A stretch of 64,000 bases of DNA from Thiotrichales bacterium (GCA_016936535.1 JAFGXP010000045.1:425-64424), one strand, 5' to 3'. Numbered from the stretch's first letter, positions 38,638 to 49,048 are shown. Made by a program: numbers and translations. Notes: generated by a model from the letters alone, not told the origin.

Positions 38638-39492
38638 CTATTCCGATGAAGAACTTTTGTAATCGAGCTCCATGACACTCGCCCCCAACTTACGCAATTC
38701 ATTTTTGCGTTTGTTTAATTCAAGACGATTGGTATAGGGCTCCGTGTATAAGGAAAACACCACCCGACCGTCTGTGCGGACTGAGCGGCGGACTTTTACC
38801 TTTTGCCCTTGCTTAGCGAAGCGTTGCTGCGCCGAAAGTGCCGCTTGTTCACTAAAAAAGCTGCCTGCTCGAATGTATTTTGGTTTTTGCAAGGCGACGG
38901 GTTCCGGTGTAGTGTCATCCGGAATCACTTCCTGAGTTTTCAACTCGGTATAAAAGCTCTTCTTCGGCTCACCGTAAATCACCCTTTCTGCCTGTACCGG
39001 CAAAGCCTGCACCTTCAGCTCAACGCTGGATATAGGCTCTGCAACCGACTCAATCGGCGTCCGCTCGGGCAGAATTTGAACCGCACTGGCGCTCTCAGCA
39101 TCCCCGGCTTTCAACTCCGCTTGGGTTAAGGGCGCGCGGATTCGCTCCGCTTCTGGTTTGGGATTGAGATTGGGATTCGGTTGCACTTTTGTCTGCGCCT
39201 TCTCAACGACGCTTCTGGCTTCGGATACCGCAGCCGCCGGTTCTTCCAGCACCTGAATCGTTGGTGTTGCTTGCAACTCGGCTTGTGCACCAGAGCGCAA
39301 ACCTGAACTGGCAAAGTGGTCAATCACCCAATAACCACCGACCATCGTACTGATGACCAAACCCATGACTAACCAGGCATTGCGTCCACTGGCTTGCTGC
39401 TGGTGACGTTGCTGACGCTGGCTATGCGACTCCAGCATTGGCTTAGGGCGAGGCGCAGTTTGCGCAGTGCGCGGTCGATAATCACGGGCCAT
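38638..39492 (-). CDS. SPOR-domain cell-division-associated protein
   Basis: N-terminal basic region, one TM segment (WLVMGLVISTMVGGYWV), a P/E/A-rich linker and a C-terminal SPOR-like domain (YIRAGSFFSEQAALSAQQRFAKQGQKVKV). Confidence 0.75.
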   Translation of the reverse strand: MARDYRPRTAQTAPRPKPMLESHSQRQQRHQQQASGRNAWLVMGLVISTMVGGYWVIDHFASSGLRSGAQAELQATPTIQVLEEPAAAVSEARSVVEKAQTKVQPNPNLNPKPEAERIRAPLTQAELKAGDAESASAVQILPERTPIESVAEPISSVELKVQALPVQAERVIYGEPKKSFYTELKTQEVIPDDTTPEPVALQKPKYIRAGSFFSEQAALSAQQRFAKQGQKVKVRRSVRTDGRVVFSLYTEPYTNRLELNKRKNELRKLGASVMELDYKSSSSE

Positions 39493-39526
39493 AAGACAAT
39501 TTCACTCACACAGGTTATAACAACAT

Positions 39527-41287
39527 TTACATCGACTCTGGGGCAGAAACATCCAGTAACGCCAGACCATTGCGCAAAACCTGGCGCACGGCACTAATCA
39601 GCGCCAAACGTGCATGGCGTAGATTGCGTTCCTCAACAATAAAAGGACTCGCGTTGTAGTAAGCGTGGAAAGCATTGGCTAAATCTTTGAGATAGTAGGC
39701 AATTTGGTGTGGTTCATAAACCGCGGCCGCACGGGCAATCACTTCGGGGTACTTGGCCAACTCTACCGCTAAATCCACTTCATGCACTTGTGTCAGCTGC
39801 ACCAAATTTGCCAACCCATTCTGTGGTTCAAAATCCAAGCCTTTTTCTTGCGCTTGCTGCAAAACACGGCAAATCCGCGCATGAGCATACTGAATGTAAT
39901 ACACCGGATTATCATTCGATTGCGATTTCGCCAAATCCAGATCAAAGTCCATATGCTGTTCAGACTTACGCTGCACATAGAAGAAACGGGCTGCATCGGT
40001 TCCTACTTCCTCTCGAAGTTCACGCAACGTCACAAAATCACCGCTGCGCGTGGACATCGCGACTTTTTCGCCTCCACGGTAGAGTACGGCAAATTGAACC
40101 AGCAAAACCTCGAGGGCATCGGGATTGGTTTCCATCGCTTGCATCGCTGCGCGAACCCGCGGAATGTAACCATGGTGATCCGCGCCCCAAATATCAATAA
40201 GCAAATCAAAACCGCGCTCCAGCTTATTAAAGTGGTAAGCGATATCGGAAGCGAAATAGGTTTTAAGTCCATTTTCTCGAACCACTACCCGATCTTTCTC
40301 ATCACCATAATCGGTCGAACGGAACCAAAGTGCGCCATTTTGCTCATAAACCTTTCCGGATTGCTGCAACTTCAGCAAGGCCGCATCAATGACGCCAGAG
40401 TCCATCAAAGAACGCTCCGAAAACCAGTTATCAAAACGAACTTTAAAGCCCTGTAAATCCTCACGAATATCGGCCAGAATGCCCTCTACTGCAATTTGAA
40501 ACACCCCATAGTACTCACTGCCAAGCAAATGTTTCGCGCGTTCAATGAGCCCATCAATATGCTTTTCTTTATCGCCGCCCTCTTGGCCTTCATCCGGAAA
40601 TACATTCGCCAAAACTTCAAACGCTGGTTTTTGCAAGCGCTGAGCAAAGCGTTCAAACACTTGCTCGGCAATGGCCAGAATATAGTCACCGCGATACCCG
40701 TTGCTTGGAAACACAAACTGCTCGCCGAGCTTCTGCAAATAACGTAACCAAACGGACGTTGCAAGAATGTCCATCTGCCGCCCCGCATCATTCACATAAT
40801 ACTCGCGACTCACCGCAAAACCCGCAGCCTCCAACAGATTGGCAACACTGGCACCATAGGCGGCACCCCGTCCATGTCCAACGTGCAAAGGACCGGTTGG
40901 ATTCGCCGAAACAAACTCCACCAGTACCGATTTGCCTTGCCCTAAATTGCAACGTCCAAAAGCATCCCCCTCGGTTAAAACGCTCGTCACCACATCAAAC
41001 TTGGCGGCATCTTTGACAAAAAAATTAATAAACCCTGGTCCGGCAATCTCCACCTTCTCAATCAACGGCTGAGAACCAAGGGTTTGTATAATTTTTTCCG
41101 CTAACTGCCGAGGTGGCATCCCTGCCTGCTTCGTCAACATCATTGCCAAATTCGTCGCAAAATCACCATGCGCTTTATCGCGGGTGTTTTCCAACTGCAC
41201 GCGAACAGAAGTCTCAACCGGAATCAGGTTTTGCTCTTTTAATTGCTGCACGACATGGGTCAAAATTTGCGCAAGTTGCTGCTTCAT
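39527..41287 (-). CDS. argS: arginine--tRNA ligase
   Basis: Class I HIGH-like motif PTGPLHVGHGRGA and KMSK-like VAMSTRSG, plus the DALR anticodon-binding C-terminus. Start is at ATG 41287 (MKQQLAQIL). Confidence 0.95.
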   Translation of the reverse strand: MKQQLAQILTHVVQQLKEQNLIPVETSVRVQLENTRDKAHGDFATNLAMMLTKQAGMPPRQLAEKIIQTLGSQPLIEKVEIAGPGFINFFVKDAAKFDVVTSVLTEGDAFGRCNLGQGKSVLVEFVSANPTGPLHVGHGRGAAYGASVANLLEAAGFAVSREYYVNDAGRQMDILATSVWLRYLQKLGEQFVFPSNGYRGDYILAIAEQVFERFAQRLQKPAFEVLANVFPDEGQEGGDKEKHIDGLIERAKHLLGSEYYGVFQIAVEGILADIREDLQGFKVRFDNWFSERSLMDSGVIDAALLKLQQSGKVYEQNGALWFRSTDYGDEKDRVVVRENGLKTYFASDIAYHFNKLERGFDLLIDIWGADHHGYIPRVRAAMQAMETNPDALEVLLVQFAVLYRGGEKVAMSTRSGDFVTLRELREEVGTDAARFFYVQRKSEQHMDFDLDLAKSQSNDNPVYYIQYAHARICRVLQQAQEKGLDFEPQNGLANLVQLTQVHEVDLAVELAKYPEVIARAAAVYEPHQIAYYLKDLANAFHAYYNASPFIVEERNLRHARLALISAVRQVLRNGLALLDVSAPESM

Positions 41288-41512
41288 TGGCTGCTCTCTT
41301 TTCAGAATTCGATAGGGGTTGAAGGGGATAGGAAAGGATTTTGTCGGCCCCATCTGGACGACTACTCCGCAAAGCACAACCGAGACAAACCTCAGATTGC
41401 CCTGCAAAGTACAACAAAAATCGAGCTCAATATAATACTCGATTTCTGTCAAGGGCTTGTTGCTTTTCTTTCGTAAAGCTTAAGCGTTAGAAGCGATACA
41501 AAATTATTTTTA

Positions 41513-44014
41513 TCACTCTTTTTTTACCGTTGCTTTTCGAGTACTGGCCTTCTTAGCGGCTGAAGAAGTGGCTTTGCGGGTCGTTTTTTTGACGGTATCC
41601 GTTTTGGTGGCGGGCGCTTTTTTGGCGGCTGCGGGTTTCGCCGCACCCTTGGCACCACGCCCACGCTTGACCGGTTCTGGCGCTTCAGCCAAACGTTGCA
41701 AACACACTTCTAACGTTAGGGTCTGCGCATCTTCATCCTTAGCGATTTTGGCGTTTTTCTTGCTGCTTAACTCAGTAATATAAGGTCCCCAGCGACCTTT
41801 CAGAATCTTAACGTCGGCATTTTCGGGGAAGGTTTTTACAATTTTTTCTGCATCTGCCTGAATTTTCGCCTCCACCAACAGGACAGCCTCTTCCAGGGTG
41901 ATACTCAATGGGTCAAAACCTTTGATCGGTGCATATTGCTTTACCCCATATTCCAAATAAGGGCCAAAAGGACCTTGCTTGGCAATCAACGACTGACCGG
42001 CCGCCACACCAAACTCGGTGCCATCAATGGCTTTGGCATAGAAGGATTCTGGCATCTCACCGACTAAACGCGGCAATTTAAACAATTCCAACGCCTCTTC
42101 CAACTTCAAGGTGTCCATTTTTTGTCCTGGCATCAGACTGGCAAACTGCGGTTTTTGATCATCCTCACCATCGCCAATCTGAACAAAAGGCCCAAAACGA
42201 CCAATCTTAACAAACATCGGCAGACCGCTTTGCGGATGGGCGCCTAGAAGGCGTGCTTGACCGGCCTCCTCGCGGGAAACATCTTCGGCCGCTTCGACCC
42301 TAGGATGAAACTGGCGGTAAAACTCATCCAACATCGCTTGCCACTGCATTTTACCCTGAGCAATGATGTCAAATTTCTCTTCCACCTTAGCGGTAAATCG
42401 ATAATCAAGCACATCCCCAAAATGCTTAGTCAAAAAGTTGGTAACGATGCTGGCGATATCGGTCGGGAAAAGCTTGTTTTTTTCCGAGCCGGCAATTTCG
42501 GTTAAGGTTTCGGCTTGCTGTCCCTCGGCATTCAGGGTAAGCAAACGATAATCTCGCGGCGTGCCCTCGCGATCTTCCTTAACCACATAGCCGCGCTGCT
42601 GAATGGTATCAATGGTTGGTGCATAGGTAGAGGGACGACCAATGCCCATCTCTTCCAACGTTCTCACTAAACTTGCCTCGTTATAGCGCGCAGGTGGGCG
42701 GGCATAACTTTGGCGCGCTAAGAGTTGACCCAAAGTCAAGGCTTGGCCGACTTTCATCGCCGGTAAAAGTGCATCCTCGCCCTTATCACCAAAATCATAG
42801 GCACGCAGAAAGCCATCAAAAGTCACCACTTCGCCTTTGGCAACCAGTTTTTCTTCCGCTAACTGACTTAAGGCAATCTCAACCGTTGTGCGTTGTAATT
42901 GAGCATCCGCCATCTGCGAAGCAATCGCACGTCGCCAAATTAACTGATACAAACGCTGCTCATTGCGCTCTCCGGCCACTTCATTAACGGCAAAATCGGT
43001 CGGGCGAATCGCCTCATGCGCTTCTTGGGCGTCGGCTTGCTTGGTTTTGTAACGACGGGCGTGGCTGTAGCGCGCGCCGTATTCCGCCGTAATGGTCTGT
43101 TGCGCTTGCGCAATCGCGGTTTCCGAAAGATTTAAAGAGTCGGTACGCATATAAGTAATCTTGCCCGACTCATACAAACGCTGAGCAATCACCATCGTTT
43201 GCTTAACCGAAAACCCAAGTTTGGCCGCGGCTTCTTGCTGCAAAGTTGAAGTGGTAAACGGCGGTTTTGGGCTGCGAGTTGCCGGCTTTTCATCGAGAGA
43301 GATGACTTGTAAAGCAGAGCGCTCTACCGCCGACAAATAGGCTTGGGCGTCCTGCTCTGTGGCAAAAGCCGCCGTACGCTTAACCTGAACGATCCCACAC
43401 GCCTTGCCCTGCGCATCCAACAGTTGCAACTCGCCCTGCACTTTAAAGCTGTCCGTTGCTTCGAAAGCCTGAATCTCTTGCTCGCGTTCGACAATCAACC
43501 GCACCGCAACCGACTGCACTCGCCCGGCAGACAAGCCAGTGCGGATTTTTTTCCACAAGATTGGCGAGAGCTCAAAGCCCACAATTCGATCAAGAATTCG
43601 GCGTGCTTGCTGCGCATTGACCAAATCCATATCAACCGTACGAGGATGCGCTACCGCATGCTCAATCGCCGGTTTGGTAATTTCATGAAAAACAATCCGC
43701 TTGGTGTTGACCACATCCAAGCCAAGCGCCTCAGCCAAATGCCAAGCAATCGCCTCCCCTTCGCGATCCTCGTCCGTTGCTAACCAGACCGCATCGGCCT
43801 GCTTGGCCAATTTTTTCAGCTCGGTCACATTTTTCTTTTTATCTACAGATATTTCGTAATTTGGCGCAAACCCATTAGCCAAATCAATTCCCATCCCTTT
43901 TTTCTGGATGTCGCGAATATGGCCGTAACTGGAGCGCACCACAAAATCTTTACCGAGATATTTCTCAATGGTCTTCGCCTTGGCGGGCGACTCCACAATC
44001 ACCAAATTTGTCAT
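41513..44014 (-). CDS. topA: DNA topoisomerase I (type IA), variant without zinc ribbons
   Basis: Toprim N-terminus LVIVESPAKAKTIEKYLG, the active-site Tyr region ITYMRTDS, C-terminal GxxGP(F/Y) repeats and a Lys/Ala-rich tail. Confidence 0.95.
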   Translation of the reverse strand: MTNLVIVESPAKAKTIEKYLGKDFVVRSSYGHIRDIQKKGMGIDLANGFAPNYEISVDKKKNVTELKKLAKQADAVWLATDEDREGEAIAWHLAEALGLDVVNTKRIVFHEITKPAIEHAVAHPRTVDMDLVNAQQARRILDRIVGFELSPILWKKIRTGLSAGRVQSVAVRLIVEREQEIQAFEATDSFKVQGELQLLDAQGKACGIVQVKRTAAFATEQDAQAYLSAVERSALQVISLDEKPATRSPKPPFTTSTLQQEAAAKLGFSVKQTMVIAQRLYESGKITYMRTDSLNLSETAIAQAQQTITAEYGARYSHARRYKTKQADAQEAHEAIRPTDFAVNEVAGERNEQRLYQLIWRRAIASQMADAQLQRTTVEIALSQLAEEKLVAKGEVVTFDGFLRAYDFGDKGEDALLPAMKVGQALTLGQLLARQSYARPPARYNEASLVRTLEEMGIGRPSTYAPTIDTIQQRGYVVKEDREGTPRDYRLLTLNAEGQQAETLTEIAGSEKNKLFPTDIASIVTNFLTKHFGDVLDYRFTAKVEEKFDIIAQGKMQWQAMLDEFYRQFHPRVEAAEDVSREEAGQARLLGAHPQSGLPMFVKIGRFGPFVQIGDGEDDQKPQFASLMPGQKMDTLKLEEALELFKLPRLVGEMPESFYAKAIDGTEFGVAAGQSLIAKQGPFGPYLEYGVKQYAPIKGFDPLSITLEEAVLLVEAKIQADAEKIVKTFPENADVKILKGRWGPYITELSSKKNAKIAKDEDAQTLTLEVCLQRLAEAPEPVKRGRGAKGAAKPAAAKKAPATKTDTVKKTTRKATSSAAKKASTRKATVKKE

Positions 44015-44163
44015 AATTCTTCCAATTTATCCGTCAACCTTACGTACCTAAAAGCTTTTCCACGCCATTTTATAAGGTTGAAAAACCGCTCACTTTTTCT
44101 AGGGTGCATAATTTTAGGCGCTTTTGCAACGAGTTTACATAGGCGTCATCCGAATAACCGCAA

Positions 44164-45291
44164 TTAACGCAAGCGCTGCCAGCGCCCAGCAGAGAGTTTT
44201 TCAATCCAGCCGTGTAATTCCAAACTCATCAACTCCGCCTGCAATGCCGACATGGGCAACTTACTGGTCACGAGCAGTTCATCCACGCTGATGGGCTCAA
44301 ATTCAATTTGCGCTAGGAGTTTTTGACTGGCCTCAGGCAAAGCGGCCTTACTGGGCGGAGAAGAGGCTGAATAAACGGGCGTTAACGTTAAACTTAGCTG
44401 CAATAAAGGCCCCAGCTCATTCAGCACATCTTCTCCGGATTCGACTAACTTCGCACCCTGTTTAATTAATTGATGACACCCTTTGGCTTGCGGGTGATGT
44501 ATCGATCCAGGAATGGCAAAGACCTCTCGACCTTGCTCCAAAGCGGTACGCGCTGTAATCAGAGAGCCACTGTTCAAATTGGCCTCAATCACCAGCGTAC
44601 CCAAACTTAAGCCACTGATAATGCGATTACGTTGCGGAAAGTGCTTCGCCAATGGCTTGGTACCCAATGGAAACTCCGAAATCATCACGCCCTGGACAGC
44701 AATTTCTCGCGCCAACGCTTGATTGGCCGCAGGATAAATTCGATCCAAACCTGTACCCAAAACCGCTACGGTTTTACCGGGTCCCAGAAGCGCTCCGCGA
44801 TGAGCCGCCGCATCAATTCCGGCAGCCAACCCCGAAGTAATCCCTAAGCCTTGCTGCGACAAAAACTCGGCAAAATCATAAGCATTGAGTAAGCCCCCCT
44901 TAGAAGCTTGCCGACTTCCAACCACGGCCACTTGCGGATCCTGCAACAAGCCCACCTGCCCACGCACCGCTAAAATCGGCGGAGGATCGGCAATTTGCGC
45001 GAGCATGGCCGGATAGCCTGCATCCCAATAGCTAAGCCATTGTTGAGAGAAGCCGTTGGCGTTGTCATTTTGCCAATGCAGCGCTTGCTCCACGCGCGAT
45101 TGCGCCTCTACACCCAACACCTGCTCGCATTGCCATGGGCTAAAATGACCCAGCGTTTGCAAGGCTTTAGCACCGGCTTGCACGCTTTCTGTAAAAGTCC
45201 CAAATTCGGCAAGTAAGGCTTGCAGCTGGGTCAGTTTTGGTTGCGCTTGATGCAGACGCAGCAAGACGGCTAATTCGGAAAAGTCACTCAT
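44164..45291 (-). CDS. dprA: DNA processing protein DprA (Smf)
   Basis: Rossmann-like core VAVVGSRQAS...GLAAGIDAAAHRGAL...VAVLGTGLD.IYP..N..LA and a C-terminal winged-helix-like region. It is divergent from def, as in E. coli. Confidence 0.9.
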   Translation of the reverse strand: MSDFSELAVLLRLHQAQPKLTQLQALLAEFGTFTESVQAGAKALQTLGHFSPWQCEQVLGVEAQSRVEQALHWQNDNANGFSQQWLSYWDAGYPAMLAQIADPPPILAVRGQVGLLQDPQVAVVGSRQASKGGLLNAYDFAEFLSQQGLGITSGLAAGIDAAAHRGALLGPGKTVAVLGTGLDRIYPAANQALAREIAVQGVMISEFPLGTKPLAKHFPQRNRIISGLSLGTLVIEANLNSGSLITARTALEQGREVFAIPGSIHHPQAKGCHQLIKQGAKLVESGEDVLNELGPLLQLSLTLTPVYSASSPPSKAALPEASQKLLAQIEFEPISVDELLVTSKLPMSALQAELMSLELHGWIEKLSAGRWQRLR

Positions 45292-45418
45292 AGTTCAGTT
45301 ATAATGCACTCAAAATTTTTATCCCTAGCAAGAACCGCAAGACCCACGGCACCGCCTTGCGTCGCCGTTTAGGCAGTATATACGGTACCTTTGCATTTAT
45401 TAAGTGACGAATCTGAGT

Positions 45419-45949
45419 ATGCCAAACGCCCAACCCAATCTTCTTGACCTTGTGCTTTATCCTGACCCAGGTTTACGTGAGGTGTGCAAACCTGTCAGTG
45501 CGATGAATGATCAAGTTGATCGTCTGATTGATGAAATGTTCTATACCATGTACGACGCCCCTGGTATTGGTTTAGCCGCTCCGCAGGTTGCGGTCCAACA
45601 GCGGGTAATAGTGGTGGATGTTTCCGAAGGCAAAGATCAGCCCTTGGCGCTGATTAACCCCAAGATTATCCAACAGGCTGGCAGCATTACCTGGGAAGAA
45701 GGTTGCCTTTCTCTGCCCGGCATTTATGCCAAGATCACCCGTCCAAACCACATTCTGGTTGAGGGCATGAACCGAGAAGGCAAACAGATTCAAATTGAGG
45801 CTTCCGACTTGTTGGCCGTATGCATTCAGCATGAAATTGATCACCTTAACGGTGTGTTGTTCGTTGACCATCTATCCAATTTGAAGCGCAGCCGAGCGCT
45901 GCAACAGTACCGTAAATTGCAGCTCCAAGAAGAAAATGAAGAGAAATAG
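45419..45949 (+). CDS. def: peptide deformylase
   Basis: Motifs GIGLAAPQV, EGCLS and QHEIDH. Start is ATG 45419; GTG 45404 is an alternative. Confidence 0.93.
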   Translation: MPNAQPNLLDLVLYPDPGLREVCKPVSAMNDQVDRLIDEMFYTMYDAPGIGLAAPQVAVQQRVIVVDVSEGKDQPLALINPKIIQQAGSITWEEGCLSLPGIYAKITRPNHILVEGMNREGKQIQIEASDLLAVCIQHEIDHLNGVLFVDHLSNLKRSRALQQYRKLQLQEENEEK

Positions 45950-46903
45950 ATGCCGAGTCCATTAAGAATTGTTTTTGCTGGCACGCCGGAGTTTTCCGTT
46001 GCCCCCTTAGCGGCACTTTTAGGCTCCGAACATCAGGTCGTGGCAGTCTATACTCAACCGGATCGCCCAGCCGGTCGCGGCCAAAAACTCACCGCCAGCC
46101 CGGTAAAAGCACTGGCCCTTGCCCACAATCTTCCCGTCTATCAACCGCTCAGTCTGCGTACGCCAGAAGCACAAGCGGAACTGGCCGCGCTGCAAGCCGA
46201 TGTGATGGTCGTGGTTGCCTATGGCCTGATTTTACCGCAAGCGGTTTTGGGCATACCGACCTTCGGTTGCTTAAACATTCACGCGTCTTTACTGCCACGC
46301 TGGCGGGGTGCCGCCCCAATTCAACGTGCCATTGAAGCCGGCGATGTACAAACCGGCATCACCATTATGCAGATGGATGTCGGGCTCGATACCGGTGATA
46401 TGCTTTACAAACTGCAAACCACCATTGAAGCGGTGGACACCGCACAAACTGTCCACGACCGTTTAATGCAGATGGGCGCTCAAGCCCTCCTCGATACCTT
46501 ACACCAGCTCCCACACTTGCAGAATCAAGCGCAAAAGCAAAACGAAGCAGACGCGACCTATGCCCACAAGCTACACAAAGAAGAAGCTAAACTGGATTGG
46601 CAGCGTCCAGCGCTTGAACTTTGGCGCAAAATTCAGGCATTCAATCCTTGGCCTGTGGCCTTTTGCGACTTTCAAGAGCATCCGCTGCGCATTTGGCAAG
46701 CGCGCTTAGCCAAGCCAAACGAATCCTTCGGAGACGCTACCGCTGCACCCGGCACGATCTTAAAAGTCGATAAATCCGGAATTTGGGTGCAAACGGCTGA
46801 CCAAGCGCTCTGTTTGCAACAGGTGCAGGCGGCCGGTAAAAAAATGATCAATGCTTATGATTTTGCCCAATCTCGCCACTTAACCGGACAAGTTTTTAAA
46901 TGA
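45950..46903 (+). CDS. fmt: methionyl-tRNA formyltransferase
   Basis: IVFAGTPEF and HASLLPRWRGAAPIQRAI are present. The ATG directly abuts the def stop. Confidence 0.95.
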   Translation: MPSPLRIVFAGTPEFSVAPLAALLGSEHQVVAVYTQPDRPAGRGQKLTASPVKALALAHNLPVYQPLSLRTPEAQAELAALQADVMVVVAYGLILPQAVLGIPTFGCLNIHASLLPRWRGAAPIQRAIEAGDVQTGITIMQMDVGLDTGDMLYKLQTTIEAVDTAQTVHDRLMQMGAQALLDTLHQLPHLQNQAQKQNEADATYAHKLHKEEAKLDWQRPALELWRKIQAFNPWPVAFCDFQEHPLRIWQARLAKPNESFGDATAAPGTILKVDKSGIWVQTADQALCLQQVQAAGKKMINAYDFAQSRHLTGQVFK

Positions 46904-48237
46904 AGCCACTTCAGGAAAACCCTGGCACACACAACCGTTTTGTTGCACTTAAAATGTGCTTAGCGGTGGTAGAGCAAGGCCGTTCTCTGAGTCAAGTATT
47001 GCCCGAAGGCTTGGCTCAGTTTAGCGACCGACGCGAACGGGCTTTTGTACAGAATTTAGTACTGGGAACCTTGCGCTGGCAAGGCCGTTTACAAGCGGTT
47101 GCCGCGCAACTTCTGACCAAACCGCTAAAAGAAAAAGACCAAGATGTTCTGCAATTAATTTTATTGGGGCTAATGCAGCTGATGTACACCGACATCGCGC
47201 AACATGCTGCGGTTTCAGAAACGGTCAATGTGAGTGCGCGCTTAAAAAAACCTTGGGCCAAAGGGTTAATTAATGCTGTCCTACGTGGTTTTATGCGCGA
47301 CGCCGAAGCGCTGTGCGCACAAGTAGATCTTAAACCCGCTCAAAAATACGCCCACCCCCAATGGTTTTACAAAGCGGTACACAAGGCTTATCCAAATCAC
47401 TGGTCTTACCTCCTTGAAGCCAACAACCAACTGGCTCCCCTTACCCTCCGCAATAACGCACGACAGCAAACTCGCGAGCAACTGTTGGCTCAACTTCAGC
47501 ATGCCGGTCATAACGCTCAAGCCCATCCTCTATGCCCAAATGGCTTGGTACTGGAGCAAAGCACCGACATCACCCTGCTACCAACTTATGATCAAGGCGG
47601 TTTTAGCGTCCAAGATGCAGCGGCCCAGCAAGCAGCCGAACTCTTACAACCTCAACCGAATGAGCGTATTCTCGATGCCTGCGCGGCACCGGGTGGCAAA
47701 ACCGCCCACCTTTTGGAGCAAGCCAACAATCAACTGATACTGCTGGCACTGGAAAAAGACCCTGCGCGGATGGAGCGCTTGCAAGAAAATCTTACCCGTC
47801 TTCAGCTGAATGCACAGACTCTGGTCGGTGATGCTGCCCAGCCACAAGCTTGGTGGGACGGACAGCCATTTGACAAAATTCTGCTTGACGCGCCCTGCTC
47901 CGCCACTGGCATTATCCGTCGCCATCCGGATATTAAAATCCACCGCAGCCCAGAAGATATTGAACAGCTGGTGCAACTTCAGCAACAAATCCTGCAAGCC
48001 TTGTGGCCAACGCTCAGGCAAGGTGGTTGGATGCTGTATGCAACCTGCTCAGTGCTGCCACAAGAAAACAGCGCACAAATGCAGCACTTTTTGACCACCC
48101 ATCCCGATGCCGAAGCTCTGCCAATCGAAGGCGATTGGGGTTGGGCAGACACGCCCGTCGGGCGTCAAATCTTTCCGGGACAGGCGGGCATGGATGGTTT
48201 TTACTACTGCCTGCTGCGCAAACGCGCTCCAGAGTGA
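46900..48237 (+). CDS. rsmB: 16S rRNA (cytosine967-C5)-methyltransferase RsmB
   Basis: NusB-like N-domain, SAM motif DACAAPGGKT and catalytic Cys motifs DAPCSATG and YATCS. ATGA overlap with fmt. Confidence 0.93.
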   Translation: MKPLQENPGTHNRFVALKMCLAVVEQGRSLSQVLPEGLAQFSDRRERAFVQNLVLGTLRWQGRLQAVAAQLLTKPLKEKDQDVLQLILLGLMQLMYTDIAQHAAVSETVNVSARLKKPWAKGLINAVLRGFMRDAEALCAQVDLKPAQKYAHPQWFYKAVHKAYPNHWSYLLEANNQLAPLTLRNNARQQTREQLLAQLQHAGHNAQAHPLCPNGLVLEQSTDITLLPTYDQGGFSVQDAAAQQAAELLQPQPNERILDACAAPGGKTAHLLEQANNQLILLALEKDPARMERLQENLTRLQLNAQTLVGDAAQPQAWWDGQPFDKILLDAPCSATGIIRRHPDIKIHRSPEDIEQLVQLQQQILQALWPTLRQGGWMLYATCSVLPQENSAQMQHFLTTHPDAEALPIEGDWGWADTPVGRQIFPGQAGMDGFYYCLLRKRAPE

Positions 48238-48256
48238 CACCTTAGGAGCAAAAGGG

Positions 48257-49030
48257 ATGCAATCTCGGTACTCATCTTGGTGGCTCAGCTTGAGCCTAGT
48301 ACTTTTGAGCGCGGCAACCCAAGCCAATCCACCCGTGCTGACCCAGGTCGTTTCTGACAAAGAAGAACAGACCGAAGATTCACAAACGGATTGGCCGATT
48401 TCACCGGTACAAACCCAAATTTTTCCAAATTACAATCCACTGTCGTACAGCGCCCCTTTTGGTCTCAATCTTGATGCTAGCGCCGACAGTGATCCTATTG
48501 AACGCCCGCCCACCAAGCCTGGCATTCGCTTAATCAAAATGCAGGACTATCTGGAAGATCACCGCTTAAAAGTCGATTCCATCAGTCAGTTCACCCTAGG
48601 TGATGCACAGATTGAGGCGATTAACCACGGTATTGCCATTAAGTTTCGTACTGAAATTCTGTTAACGGAACAAAGCTCCTTTTTCGGCATTCCTTACCAA
48701 CGCACCCGCAAGCATGTACGCTATCTGACCGAACTCAGCAGCATTGGTTTAAACCGCCAGTATCTACTGTTTAACAACCGCAATGATAAGTTGCAACGCT
48801 TCGCCACCTTAGAACGCGCATTAGAGACCATGGGCACTTTGGAAGCCTTTGAGGTGGCGCATTTGAAAACCCTGCACCCAACCCAAACTTACCGGCTCAG
48901 AGTACGCATCTACCTTGATTTCTGGACTCTGCCTGCGCCGCTACTTGTGGACGCACTGCTGGATTCGACTTGGCGTTTAGACAGCGACTGGGTTGAATTG
49001 CAACTGACCACGCCACTCAGCTGGCAATAA
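48257..49030 (+). CDS. DUF4390-like periplasmic protein
   Basis: ATG 48257 has SD aggagcaaaaggg and a signal peptide (WWLSLSLVLLSAATQA). It sits between rsmB and the NtrY-like kinase, the usual position for DUF4390. The track start at 48107 overlaps rsmB and is rejected. Confidence 0.7.
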   Translation: MQSRYSSWWLSLSLVLLSAATQANPPVLTQVVSDKEEQTEDSQTDWPISPVQTQIFPNYNPLSYSAPFGLNLDASADSDPIERPPTKPGIRLIKMQDYLEDHRLKVDSISQFTLGDAQIEAINHGIAIKFRTEILLTEQSSFFGIPYQRTRKHVRYLTELSSIGLNRQYLLFNNRNDKLQRFATLERALETMGTLEAFEVAHLKTLHPTQTYRLRVRIYLDFWTLPAPLLVDALLDSTWRLDSDWVELQLTTPLSWQ

Positions 49031-49048
49031 CCGACTTAGGAGGCGAAC

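Noticed and set aside
39782-40456. Long antisense ORFs inside well-supported genes. Examples: the 224-aa + ORF in argS, 58583..59104 in ttcA, 53297..53824 in trkA, 19256..19690 in the exonuclease gene and 5481..5879 in the RND gene
   Set aside because: Each lies entirely within, and opposite to, a CDS with strong homology or motif support. Their products are low-complexity or Arg/His/Gln-rich, as is typical of shadow frames, and they have no SD sequences.
41418-41446. Hairpin aaatcgag...ctcgattt downstream of topA as a terminator
   Set aside because: The stem is 8 bp with a 12-13-nt loop, and only ttgttg follows on the minus strand. It is too weak to list as a feature.
44015-44163. Absence of an smg (DUF494) gene between dprA and topA
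   Set aside because: The spacer is only 149 bp and has no ORF. This is most likely lineage-specific gene order rather than a deletion scar, and I see no remnant coding signal.
48107-48256. Track start at 48107 for the DUF4390 gene, the start at 53994 for trkH, and similar long N-terminal extensions at 8003..9364, 10807, 11542, 20768..21985, 24408, 27822, 33257, 39527..41452 and 55421
   Set aside because: The extensions overlap upstream genes or terminators and lack homology. In each case an internal ATG with an SD and the expected N-terminus or signal peptide is present.
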